Positions 23,101 to 35,100 of a stretch of DNA of 64,000 nt are shown piece by piece. The stretch covers positions 27,404,001 to 27,468,000 of the forward strand of contig OZ038379.1 of the NCBI GenBank assembly GCA_964036045.1, given 5' to 3'. The position numbers and the translations under genes are program-made. Numbering within the stretch: the stretch's first letter is position 1; each line of letters starts with the position of its first letter. The notes below the pieces were generated by a model. It had not been told where the DNA came from and searched no databases. It worked only from the letters and a program-made list of their open reading frames with translations. Source of the DNA: Eutreptiella sp. 'Long Island Sound 2002' (lineage: Eukaryota > Protista > Euglenida).

Positions 23101-26100
23101 CGTGGCACTTAAAACGAGTGTCCGCCTTCCCATGCTGAGGGCGCACCTTTTCCTCTTGAGGGCCTTTGTGACGGTCGAAGATTTTCGGCTTCTTGAGCCC
23201 ATGAGCGTTATTTTGTGCGCGCTCGGTGAACTCCAGCCGGACGGATGGGCCAGCCTCATGCATGGTTCCACATCCCCCAAACCCGTCCCGCAAACACCTA
23301 ACCCCGCGGTGGCGGCTAGGGGATTAGGGGACATTAGGACCTACCACATCTTGGATGCATTATGGGATGAGGTTGTGGGGGAGGGGGTGGATGTCGAGCA
23401 ATTGGCCTCCGAGTTTGCGCTTGAGATCTCCCCACCACCATTGGCCCTTCACAGGCGAGAAACAGACCCCCTGGTGGAACCCATGTTGCGCTTCTTGAGG
23501 GTGATGGTGTTGTCGAGAGGGTGGTGGGGGACCCAGGACGGCCCGCCACGTGCTGGCCCTTCATTATTCCAAAATCATCGGAGAAAGTTTCGGTCATTTT
23601 CCACTTAGTGGACTTCAAGGGCACCATGCCCCGCCCGGCCCGTTTTCCTTTGTGCAGTTGGGAGGACATGGCAAATGGCCTAAGTGCATGGCCTAAGCAT
23701 GAGCCCCTTTATTGCACACACATAGATTTGAAAAACGGCGTTTCGGTTTGGTTTTGGACTGGGGGGGGGGGGGGGGGTCATGTACCATATGCGCTTTATG
23801 CCGTTTCGCCGGAAATTTTCCCCGTTGCTGTGTCCGTTGGCCTTGCAAAAGGTGATCGAGGGGATAGTCCCGCCGCATATGATCATTTTCCATTATTTGG
23901 ATAATTTTCTCTTGCTGGGCGGGTGTCCCAGGGAACTCAAGGAAGTCACCCGTCGCATGGTGGAGGCGTTACATGTGGCTGGTTTTTTGGTGTCGCCCAA
24001 GTCGGTTTTGGATCCGACGACACGCATATTGTTCTTGGGGAAGCACATTGATACCCAGGCGAGGTGCATTTGGTCCCACCCGCGTGCAATTTTGCAAATG
24101 TATGCGCAGTGGCTGCGTTTGGTGATAGCAGCCCACCCCCACCCTCGCCACTTAAATAAAATATTGGGCTTTATTCAGTGGCATGTGCGGCCACATAGCG
24201 GTGGGGGGCCGTGGGACCGCCGGTGCCTCTTAAGGTGCTGCATGGGTTGGCCACGGCGATTGTTTTTGCTATGGAGCCGTGGTCTCCGCTTGATGCGCTG
24301 CGATGGTCATTGAATGTGCTATGGGACAGCCGGTGAACCTGTGCCGCCATGCATTCGCCACAATGTTCGTGGGTGCGGCTTTGGAATTTTTTCGTTATCG
24401 TGCGGGGTTGTTTTTGCCTAGTACGCATGAAGTACGGTCTATTGTCATTCCTCGCAACCGGCACGCTCGACAAAGTGCTGAGTTGTGGGGGTCGTGTTCG
24501 GCGATGCGGCTGGCAAGGCGGTTGGGTTGGCCGTTTCTGGTTTTGGTTACCGACTCGCAAGCACGGGGGGGCGGCCGGGCCCGGTCCTTGTATGCGACAC
24601 CCCCCAGCCCCCCCCCCCCCCCGGGTTTTGAAAGATTGTGGTGCCGGGTCGGCTACCAGCAAGTGTCCCTAGAGAAAACTGTCCGGCGCCAAAGGCGCCA
24701 ATTTTTTTTTCAGGCTATGTGTTTATGCTCAAAATGCCCAAAATTTTGTAGAGAATTCATATTTGGGCTACAGCAGGGCTGCAGGCCCTAGCCCTGACCC
24801 TAACCCTAAACCTAACCCTAATCAAGACTGAATATTGGGACCGAGCTGGTGGGGGAGGGAACATTAGATATGAATGGTGAGGGACACCAATGAGTTACAC
24901 ATTGAAGGCCGTTGACAGGGTGGAATCAGCTTGCAAGTGATCCCCTTCACCACAAGGCCCACTTTCAAGGCTTTTGTGGACTTGTGAGGGGCCAAAATGC
25001 CCCAAAATGGGCTCAAAATAGGCTCATTTCACCCGTTTGTGCACCCCAAATGGTCTAGGATGAGTTTTGGAAAAATGTGTTTTTGACCCATTTTTGACCC
25101 ATTTTTGGTCCCAAAACAGCGCATCTTCAAGGCATTTTGGGATTTTCGGAGGACCAAAATGGGCCACCCCAAGCTCAAAACAGTCCAAAAACACTTGTTT
25201 TAGCATCACACATGGTCTAGGATCATTTTTGAGAAAAGTCATTTTTCTGCCCCTATTGGACCCTATTGACCCATTTGGGCACCCACCTGTTTGGGCTTGA
25301 GCTTGCAGCTTGCCGCAGCCTACTGGTTTTGGGTACGGGGGTCTAGGCGTCCATTTGGGCAATTTTGAGGGGTGGAAACCACAAAACGAGGGGGGTTGCG
25401 GGTGGATTACGTGCCCTCGGAATCGCGTTTTGAGCCATGTAGCCAAAGATATGGCCTATTCTTGGTTTGTGGCTGTCGCCAGCCAATCTGCACAAAATTT
25501 GGGGCTTGTGGGGGCCTTTTTGGGCCGTTTCTGGGACATATGGTGGAGTCAGAGGGCCGCAAATGGCTCGTTGACACAAGAAAGTCAAGCCGCACATGGA
25601 GTGCACCCACCCTTTCCTTTTCCTTGGCCGTTTTGAATGGGTTCTAGGGCTCTTTTGGCCCAAAAATGGCTGTTTTTGGCCCTGAACTGCAGTTTTTGAA
25701 ACTGAGGTCCGCCACTTGCGACACCCATTCCCGGCCGCCACCGTTGAGTTTCTTGCTCAAACTTTGTGTGGTTGTCCCTCACACCCATAGGTATCATCCA
25801 CCAAAATTTCAGCCGAATGTGAAGCACCACGACGGATGTCTGATTTTTCCCCATTTCGCGCGTGCTGCTTGCTGCTTGTTGCTGCTTGCTGCTTGTTGCT
25901 GCTTGCTGCTTGTTGCTTGTTGTAGCTGCTGCTAAACCTGGTAGGTCCACCCTAGACCTTAAAAAGGGTTATAAAACCAAGACTGGTTCCACCAGCTCGG
26001 TGACCCTAACCCTAACCCTAGGGCTGACCCTAGGGCTAACCCTAACCCTAGGGCTAACCCTAACCCTAACCTTAATCAAGACTGAATATTTGGACCGAGC

Positions 26101-29100
26101 TGGTGGGGGATGGAACATCAGCTATGACTGGTGAGGGACATCAAGAATGATTCACACATTGATGGCTCTTGACAAAGTGGAATCGGCTTGCAAGTGAACC
26201 CCATCACCACGAGGCCCACTTTCAAGGCTTTTTGGACTTCTGAGGGGCCAAAATACCCCAAAATGGGCTCAAAATGGGCTCATTTCACCCGTTTGTGCAC
26301 CCCAAATGGTCTAGGATGAGGTTTGGAAAAATGCGTTTTTGACCCATTTTTTACCCATTTTTGGTCCCAAAAGAACCCATTTCCAAGGCATTTTGGGATT
26401 TTCGGAGGACCAAAATGGGCCACCACAAGCTCAAAATAGTCCAAAAACTCTTGTTTTAGCGTCGCACATGGTCGAGGATCATTTTTGAGAAAAGTCATCC
26501 TTTTGCCCCTACTGGACCCTGTTGACCCATTTGGGCACCCACCTGTTTGGGCTTGAGCTCGCAGCTTGCCGCAACCTAGTGGGCCTAGGTATGGGGGTCT
26601 AGACGTCCATTTGGGCAATTTTGAGGGGTGGAAACCACAAAAAGTGGGGGGTTGCGGGTGGAGTAGGTGCCCTCGGAATCGCATTTTGAGCCATGTAGCC
26701 AAAGATATGGCCTATTCCTGGTTTGTGGCTGTCGGCATTTGGAGCTTCTGGGGGCCTTTTTGGGCCGTTTCCACGACATATCATGGAGTTAGAGGGCCGC
26801 AAAGAGCTCGTTGACATGGGGAAGTCAAGCCGCACGTGGAGTGTACCCACCGTTTCCCTTCGTTTGGCCGTTTTGAATGGGTTCCAGGGCTTTTTAAGCC
26901 CAAAAATGGCTGTTTTTGGCCCTAAACTGCAGTTTTTGAAACTGAGGTCCGCCACTTGCGAATCCCGTTCCCGGCCGCCACCGTTGAGTTTCTTGCTCAA
27001 ACTTTGTGTGATTGTACTTCACACCCATAGGTATCATCCACCAAAATTTCACCCGAATACGAAGCACCACGACGGAGTTTTGATTTTGGCCCATTTCGCG
27101 CGTGCTGCTTGCTGCTTGCTTGCTGCTTGCTGCTTGCTTGCTTGCTTGCTGCTAAACCTGGTAGGTCCACCCTAGCCAACCAAGACTGGTTCCACCAGCT
27201 GGGTGACCTTAACCCTAACCCACCCCCCCCCCCTCACCCCATCCGACGCCCCCCTGACCCCTGGCCAGACCCCCCCCGACCCCCGGCTTGACCCCCCCCG
27301 ACCTCCGGCCGGACCCCCCCCCCCCCCAACACTGCCCCCCCCCCGAGTTTTGACAGATACTAGGGGGGTATGTCGCATCAGGACCGGTTGTAGTCGCCCC
27401 CCGTGCTCGCAAGTGGCAGGAGCACACGTGGTTTCGCTGCGCGCGCGTACTTGGCTGCATTGGCAAAACCGTCTTTTGAGAGGGACTGTTATTCAGACGA
27501 AGTAGTGTGGTGGTGGGTCTGCATTGGATTTCCACTGAATTTTAGCCGGCGGACCCGCTGAGTCGGCTTGATGCGGTAGCAATCTGGTCCCCATTACATG
27601 CTTTGCGTTTGGCGCAGGTCCGTTGGCACCATGTGCGTACACGTGGACCTGAGCCGGATTTGCCAGGGGTCGTTTGGTTGTGAAGGGAGAAGGGTACCGA
27701 AGGTGACTTCGATCCTGTGTTGTTGCTTGTGTGAACTCCTGTCTGCCCCTATTTTTTTGGGCGGCCGGCTGCTGCAGTTTTGCGAAGTTTTTATTTCCCG
27801 CCCCCCCCACCCATCCGTCGGCACAACCACTATGCCCCGCGCCGTCACTCTGCCGTGCTTCCATCCGCTTCCACCGAGGGCGCCTGTGGATGCCCGCTAG
27901 CACCAGGCGGTGGAGCGGTTGCGAGCGCGTTAGCAACCTGTGCATTACATTCGCTTTTTGCCTAAGTGAACTCACCGCCTGCTTGCAACCCGCATGCCTA
28001 GCCGTGCTCGGTCTGCGGCGCAACTCCGCAATTTGGCGTATGCACTCTTCGTCATCCTCACGCTGCGCCCGGGATTGCTTTGGCTATTCGACCTTCTCAT
28101 GGAGGCCTTTGCCGTTCTGGTAGCGACGGGTCTGCGGCTACTGGCATACATAAGACGGACTCGCCACGGTGTGGGCGTCAGCTTGGCCGTGGTTTGTGCG
28201 GCCTTGCAAGGCCGGTTTGGATGTGCGCAGCGCATGGCCCAGCGTGCTCCGCGTCTGCACTTGCGACTTGCGGGAGATGCCTGGGTGGTGGAGCGTCACG
28301 TCGCCCCCATTTGGGACCAGGCCCTCGTACCCCTGCGCCGTGCATTTGACTTGATGCCGCAACTCTGGTGGGACAGACCAGCAAATCGCTTGTTGGTGGT
28401 GTCGGGGTGGCTGGACGTGCGGTTTTTGGGTCACGCCGGACACTTCGTCGGAGTTACCTGGGGTTTTGGGGTGTATTCCCCCGTTTTGGGCGTGTGATGG
28501 TTGGGGATGTGGAAGTAGCGGCGTGAGAGGTCGTGCGTAGGATGCCGCTCGTGGAGGAATTTTGGTATTTTCTTTTGCCACCGCCAGGCACCGAGGGCGA
28601 GCGGCTAGCCGTACAACCACTGCCCCTTGGCGCCAGAGGTGGGAAGGCGACGCATTTTCGTGGCGGCTAGCAGGGCGGCCGCTGATTGGGTGGCCCACCG
28701 TACCCCTGTGCGTGCGTCTATGGATGGCTCGTGTGCCTGCCCGCCACTGCATCCTTGATGTTTGTGGGGAGCTTGAGCTGCCCGTTCTCGTTTTTTTTTG
28801 AGTGGTGTGAGTCGCCCAGGACATCACAACCACAACGGTAGATCTCCTGCCGACCGGTGCGCTCACGTTACATTGTTCTTTTTGTCTCGGGAGTGGGGAC
28901 CGCAGCCGGGTTGTGGCCGCTGTCCTTGGGCTACCGTACGCGTTGCCAACCCTGACCTGACCGGTGCGTTGGCGTTTGCCCTTTGCCTGAGGTGGGTGGT
29001 GAGTTTCTTTGTGACGCTATACTGACCCTCTCTCAAGCACGCGGCTGACCTTGGGCGCGGGAAGTGTCGCCGACACGCTGTGATGGCTTGTGGCACTTAG

Positions 29101-32100
29101 TTGTTGACTTTAGGTTTTTGGTGACATGGTGCATGCAAAGGGGTTCCCTCGAGACGGGCTGGTTGGGTCCTGCAGCGGTGGCTGCAGAGTTGGCTTTGCT
29201 GAGGGTAGCAGTGGGTGGTGTGAGTCCGAGGGAATTCGTCTATTGTGTTGCCCCTCGGGGGCGCACTGTCTTTGGGTTGCGCTGTGTAGTACTCATCCAT
29301 GGCGTGCAACCATAGTACTGTCTGAGACATCGTCCGAAGGTGATGTCGATCCTGTGTTGTTGCTTGTGTGAACAAGGGCTCTTGCAGCCCCGCTCTGGAA
29401 CTCGGTGTTTCTAAGCAGCTTGTCAAGTCAAGGGTACAAGAAAACCATTTTCAACTATTCTGCTGCCCATCGTTGGCAGCGAAGGGATTTCATAGGGTGG
29501 CAGATTGCGTTAGGGACTCGGGTAAGCTAATCTTGAATCCCCATCATCCGGCGACCGCCCTAGTTGGGGCCCTTGGCTGCAGGGCCTCCGCTAACGAGCG
29601 TCGTTTGTCGGTGTTCTTCCTCCGCGGTGAACTCGTTCACTTGGCCGCTCTTCTTGCCACGCTTCCACATCTTTCCAGAAGGTTTCTGAGATCCATCTTG
29701 TCCCTTCTTGTTCCAAGCTTTCTTGATCTCTTGCATCTCCCTGGCAATGTCCTCGTTTAGCTTGGACAACTCCTCCTTGGCCACTTTCGCGGCATCTTGC
29801 CAGGCCTTTTATGTGCATTTGCTGGTTGTATAAGTTGATGCAGCCCATGGGTGGGAGCCCCACACCCTAGTTAAATGGGCTGCCACCATTACGGGAATGG
29901 AAACTGTCTAGTGTGCTCAAAGTGTGCCAGCGGCACATCCAAGTGGAGAAGGAACAAGCAGTGTCGGTGTGGGAAAGTGTGCTTGTGCAACAAGTGCCTT
30001 TTAAACCCAAGGAGTTTGTGTTAGTGGTGCTCTGGCATAAGTTTTTGGTGGCACAACGCCTTGTGTAGTTTCATGTCCAGGTGCGGGAGTGCCCTTTGTG
30101 TGCGTTCCTTGAGGACCATGATCATGTTTTCAAAAAGGGCCTTTACCTTTAGGATTCGTTGGCAATGATCCGCCAACTCCGGGGGGTGCATGTGTGTTCT
30201 GATGTTTGGTGTGAGCCCCGGCAATGCGTGGACCATTGCATGCTTTCCATAACCACCATTCAAGGGTGGCTGGTGTGGTTAGTGGTATAGGCACGTTGGC
30301 TGATTTGCTTAGAAGCGTTGAGCGCACTCCCGTCAAACATCGCCAACACAATGCTGCAACGGTTCTTCGTTGTCCTCTTGTGTTGAAAATCGCAACCGTA
30401 GATCACGCTACCTCAAGAAGTGGTCACCACAACCGGCGAGTGTCTCAGAGGTAGCATATGGGGCATCTTTTGGGACATATCATCTTCCCAGCTTCCAAGT
30501 TGTCACCGAAGGCTCCGTATCGGCACTTGACGTAGAGTATTTGGCAGTGTGTAGGTATTTGAGACAATCCCCAGAGACCTGACATTGTGTGTGGTTTGTT
30601 CGCCCCAATGTCATATTGATTTGCTGGTCAATGTCGACGCCTGGTGCTCGAGTGGGTGGAGGTACAACGACGGCTTCCCAGTTCTCGGGGCTCGAATGCT
30701 CGGCTGGGGATTGTGGCTCCTGCTAGTCTGGCATGGTGCACTTTGCCTGTTGTCGGTCCATTGCCATCGCACCCAAGGTCTTCTCTGAAGGGGGAGGGGG
30801 TTGAAGCCGTTGCGCCAATCGTAGCCCCATCCGGAGGAGTTCCATGAGGTCTCTGTACCTTGGACCGTGGAGATACATCCCCCCCCCCCCCCCCCGGTGA
30901 ACCCAGGATGCCTTATTGTTACGTGCAACTTCCATCATGGCGGCACTATCAATGATATTGCTACAGATGCCCCCTTTACAGAACATGTCAAAACCCATCA
31001 AGGTAGTCATTCTTGCCTTCTATGGTCTGCCACTGTGGAGATGGCCTTGAGCACGATGGGGGACAGGCGTGGCATGTGGGAGGAGCTCTTCGTCAAGAAA
31101 TGGGGTTTTCGCATGGATGGACCTGTTGGTCTGGTGAAGGCTATCGCAGCCTACATGATGTTCGCAGGAGCAGTGTTGGAGGTCGGGGCCAGTCCTTTAA
31201 GCGTACTACGCTACCGCCGGTGGCCCCATCGGCGGAAATGAAGGAGCCGCGCCTGCTGCTACAGGCCCAGAAGGTGACCACCGCCAAGCTCCGCGCGGAC
31301 CTAGGCAGTGACAACACGAGCAAAGGCTAGGGCAGCAGGAAAGCTGTGTCCTGTCCCTGCTGTGACAAGGGCGAAGGTCCTGAGACTTATGGGGCTGTAG
31401 AACAATCCCCAGTGGATTTCCTTGGCTCTGTTAGCGTTCTTAGCACTGCTGTGGGGTCGGCACTTGGGAGAGCACAAATTCGTCTCAACATACTCCTAAA
31501 GGGGGAAGATTGCGGAAGACGACCTCAATAGGCTAGTGCTAGCCACTGATGCGGACGCTACCAACTCCGACATATTGGAGTTGCGAAAGATGGACGAGTG
31601 TGAGGAGGACTGTGCGAAGTCTTTCATCAAGGTTATGTGGGCTCTGGCCACGACTAGCCTTGCTGCGCACAGGGGTAGGCATTGTTTGACGAAGGAGTCA
31701 AAAGGGATGGGGAGTTCTTCCAAGGATGACCAATAGACGTTTGGTGAGGGGCTTGCCGTTTCGCAGGGGGCCACGGGAGCCACGACTAAAGACGTCGTGA
31801 GGAAGCGACACCATGCCCTCGCGGAGCAGTTGTCCATGATGGGTGGTGGGAGGTTCTACACGTTGCGAAAAAGTGTGCCACCTATGGATGTGTCTAAGGC
31901 GCCCATCATAGCGTGCCTCTCCACCAAGAATGGATCTCGAGGCGTGCCGCTTCCTCCGGTTTCCGTCCCCACCCCCCCCCCCCCCCCCGCCCGCCCCAGG
32001 CAACTTGTAGGTGGCTGTCTGGGCCCTGCGGGCCGTTGAGGACATGGGACAGATTCCGTACATGGTCACCAAGAAGGTTTGGAGATGCAGCAATCAGCCG

Positions 32101-35100
32101 AGAGGCTGAGACGCAACCCGGCCGTACGTAGGGTTGGGCGAATTGCGCCTCTTCGCGCAAGTAGGTTCCACCTGCAGCCAATGGATGGTGTTTTCGATGG
32201 CAGCACGCACTTTCGTTCATATGCGTGCTACGAGTGGGAGAGGCGGCGCCCCTGCGACGGGGAGGTTCACGCCCCAGAGGACTGTACTTCCGTCAAGAAT
32301 GACCCCCGATTAATGGTGCACGCCTCAGGACCTTGGCCACGTGCCTGGCTCAAGTGGTTGGACGAAGAGGGTTGGACAGGTTCTGTCCGCACATCGTTGG
32401 TGTGCCCCCAGGGGGCCCACTACCCACAAGAGGTTTTGGCATCGTCCCTACGCAGAATAGAGGCGGAAAGCATGTGATGGCATGCGTGGCGCCGTGGCGA
32501 AGCTGCGGAGCTACAATGGCTTGGCCTGTCCGTCCTCCCCCTCGCCTTGTGGGGACACTGGTTGCCAGAGTCTGTCGCCGCAGGGTATGGAGACATGCCA
32601 GATGATTTCTCGGTTGCAGACACTGTCGTCTTGCCGTGTCCCCGCAATGGATCTTTCGAGTGGAAAGCACTCGGCCACAGAGACGTCTTTCCTCACGACA
32701 TCCTCCAATTGGGCACTCTAGTCGAGTTGCCCACTAAAGGCGGGGAACATTTGGCAGCCCCCCCCCCCCCCTCCAAAGCGGTGGGTGCCTCGCACACAGC
32801 TAAGTTGGGGGGGTGGGGATGGGGAGCAAAGCCACAAGCGACCGCGCAACGGATTTGAGCAGCAACCTTCCGCGTGCACCTTGGCCTTGTTCCACCCACA
32901 CCTTGCCCACCTTTGCCCCAATGGGTTCTCGAGAGGGCCACCGGATCGGATGTGGTCGCCGGGGCGGCGCAGGAGGTTGCCGCACGTTCTATAGCGGCCA
33001 CGGGGACGGGTGTTGTTGACCCCATTGTCATTGACGATGACCCCCCCCCCCCCCCCTTCTGGGTGCCTATTTTTGACGAGTGTCTATTTTTTTCGATGCT
33101 TTCCAACCATGAGCTCCCGGGGAACACGCCTCAGAGCTTTGAAACCCCCAGGCGCATGTTGACGCCGCATTGGCCGCTGGTTTGGCACCGCTTACGGCCG
33201 ACCATAACCGCCTTCGAATACTTGGGCTGAGCAGCGGGACGCCCTATTCTACATCCTACAGGCCATCCTTACCAACACCCCGACCTACATAGACGCCGAG
33301 CCCAGCAGGACATCGGAAGGAGCCTAAAACCCGACAGACCTCGAAAGTACGAACGTAGAGGTTTTCGCGGGTTATCCCGATTACGCAGCAAGCGTAATGG
33401 CCGAAGCTGCGGATGCAGCCAGCCTGAGTGCAGAGTCCAAACAAAACCATGAATGGAAAAAGGGCAGTGCACTGATGGCACATGAATCGACACAAGTGGC
33501 CATAGCCCGCCCGGTCGCGGCGGAAAACACCGCAATCTTCTGGTATCAAAAATATTTCGATGACAAAGATGTGTGTGCAGCGCAATTCAACCTGGCGACG
33601 GTGCAACAGGCCACATATCTGAACCTGCCCAAAGTGATCTTGTGCAAGGACGCAACGTTCAACTTGGTCATAGCTGCGAAAAGTTTTGCCCTCCCTGAGG
33701 CTATAGACTTCTACAAGAAAGTCGCGTCCCAGTACGCGGATGTCTCTCTCAAAATGGTAGTGCTCACCGGAAAAAAGCTACGGCTGGCGGAAGGAACAGA
33801 CCTGCTTACAGCGAAATTGCCACTCTACCCGGAAACCATCTCCCTTGTCCATCGACCGGCCAGTGAGAAGGGTGGAGCACACCTCTACACCTGGATAGTG
33901 GATGCACCACGAAACATACGGAACAACCCCTTCGCCGCAATACCAGCCCGCCGCATCGTCCAGCTGCTACCGCCGGGACAGGCCCCCCTCAAGCTGTACG
34001 CCCCGAAGGCGAAACAAGACGATAAGGTGGCAGTGTGCATCAACAATAAGTTCCTGAACGACCTCGTGGCAAAGTTGGGCCTCAGTACAGGCCTCACAGC
34101 GATCTCCCCACCCCACACAAACCAGCTGGGTAATCTTTAGAGAGAGCCTCGTGCCACAGGACAAGCTACAGGCTGCGGAGTCCAAGTTCTACAACAAGGA
34201 GAACTATGCCAGAGTGCCTTTCCGTACCTACAGCGGGGATGTAAGAGACTCCGAATGCGTCACTGAGGTATGGGTCATTGAGAAGTCACAGACCCACGAG
34301 TCCGTCACCATATTCTGGGCAGTTGTGAATTTCCACCTCTGTAAAATTTTGGACTTGTTCCAACACCACCCACGAGCCCAATACATGAACACAAACCAAA
34401 TCCGACTGGGGTTCAAAACCGAAGCAAATACACAAATTTTTATCGCTAAAGGGCTCCCCCACCTCAAGGACCTAGGCTATGCTTTTAAGACGGGATGCCT
34501 TTTGGGACCGCCAGGGCACCTCGTCCTCCTCAGCCAGTGTCCGTTCCTCAGGTTCGTGGTCCACCAAGGGAACTAAGACCCCCACCAAAAAAGAGGACCA
34601 TGTGGTCCTGGTTGACATCCCTGAGTATCTGGCACCCGATGAGATATTGGGCATTGCGAAGCATGCACTCAATAGTAGGTCTCTCCCGGCAGAGGAGTCA
34701 CAGATTTGTATTGAGCGACTACGGTGGTCTATGGGCAACATTCGGCAGCCAAACTGGAGTGTCTCCACCTCTGGAACCAAAGCTCTTGCAGGTGCAGTGT
34801 TGACCCTGACAGATCAGGCAAGCGCCAACAAGGCAGCCACAGTCAGGGCGTATGTAGACTGGGAGGCGAGCTGGCAAACGTGGTGCGAAAAAGATAAAAA
34901 TAAGGCCAAGCCAGCAGAGCAACCGGGGCAGATGACCCCAGCCCAGATCCTGCGTTGGAAATTCAATCACTTGCTCCCGCAAACGTCACCCTCTCCCCAA
35001 GTTTAAGCTAACCCTATGCATGCAGTCACCGTGCTGCCGAACATCCTGAGCCTCTTTGGCCACCCCCACCCCTTGTACCAAGGCACAGCCCCGGTCACCC

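Larger units (their letters stand above)
24562..27405. mobile_element. hAT-like non-autonomous TIR element carrying two tandem telomere-flanked cassettes, inserted in the YR element RNase H
   Basis: TIRs CACGGGGGG…CCGGTCCT…ATGCGACA…CCCCCC; exact 8-bp TSD CTCGCAAG at 24554-24561 and 27406-27413; GGCGCCAAAGGCGCC at ~24686. Confidence 0.92.
20324..29373 (+). mobile_element. Tyrosine-recombinase retrotransposon (VIPER/TATE-like order gag-YR-RT-RH) with split direct repeats A1…B1-A2…B2; decayed
   Basis: A1 20324-20408 ~ A2 27735-27795; B1 27697-27736 ~ B2 29334-29373; removing the element restores the LINE reading frame. Confidence 0.88.

Noticed and set aside
24562-24822. YR element ending at the telomeric array (TATE-like targeting)
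   Set aside because: The array belongs to a later hAT-like insertion; the YR element resumes at 27414, and its true target site is non-telomeric LINE sequence
5745-26075. CCCTAA arrays as a chromosome end or telomere fusion
   Set aside because: Short, internal, all in the same orientation, and enclosed within TSD-flanked TIR elements
6047-26702. 139-140-codon minus-strand ORF open in all three telomere cassettes (6047, 25024, 26280)
   Set aside because: In the ~65 codons I compared between A and B, about 9 of 11 differences change the amino acid, which looks neutral. It is not annotated as a CDS, although the shared start/stop and an in-frame indel justify a formal dN/dS test
30450-33250. 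Possible degenerate RNase H (YNDG…GWG at ~30660) and other ORF fragments
   Set aside because: Likely decayed LINE continuation or other element debris, but motifs are too weak to assign
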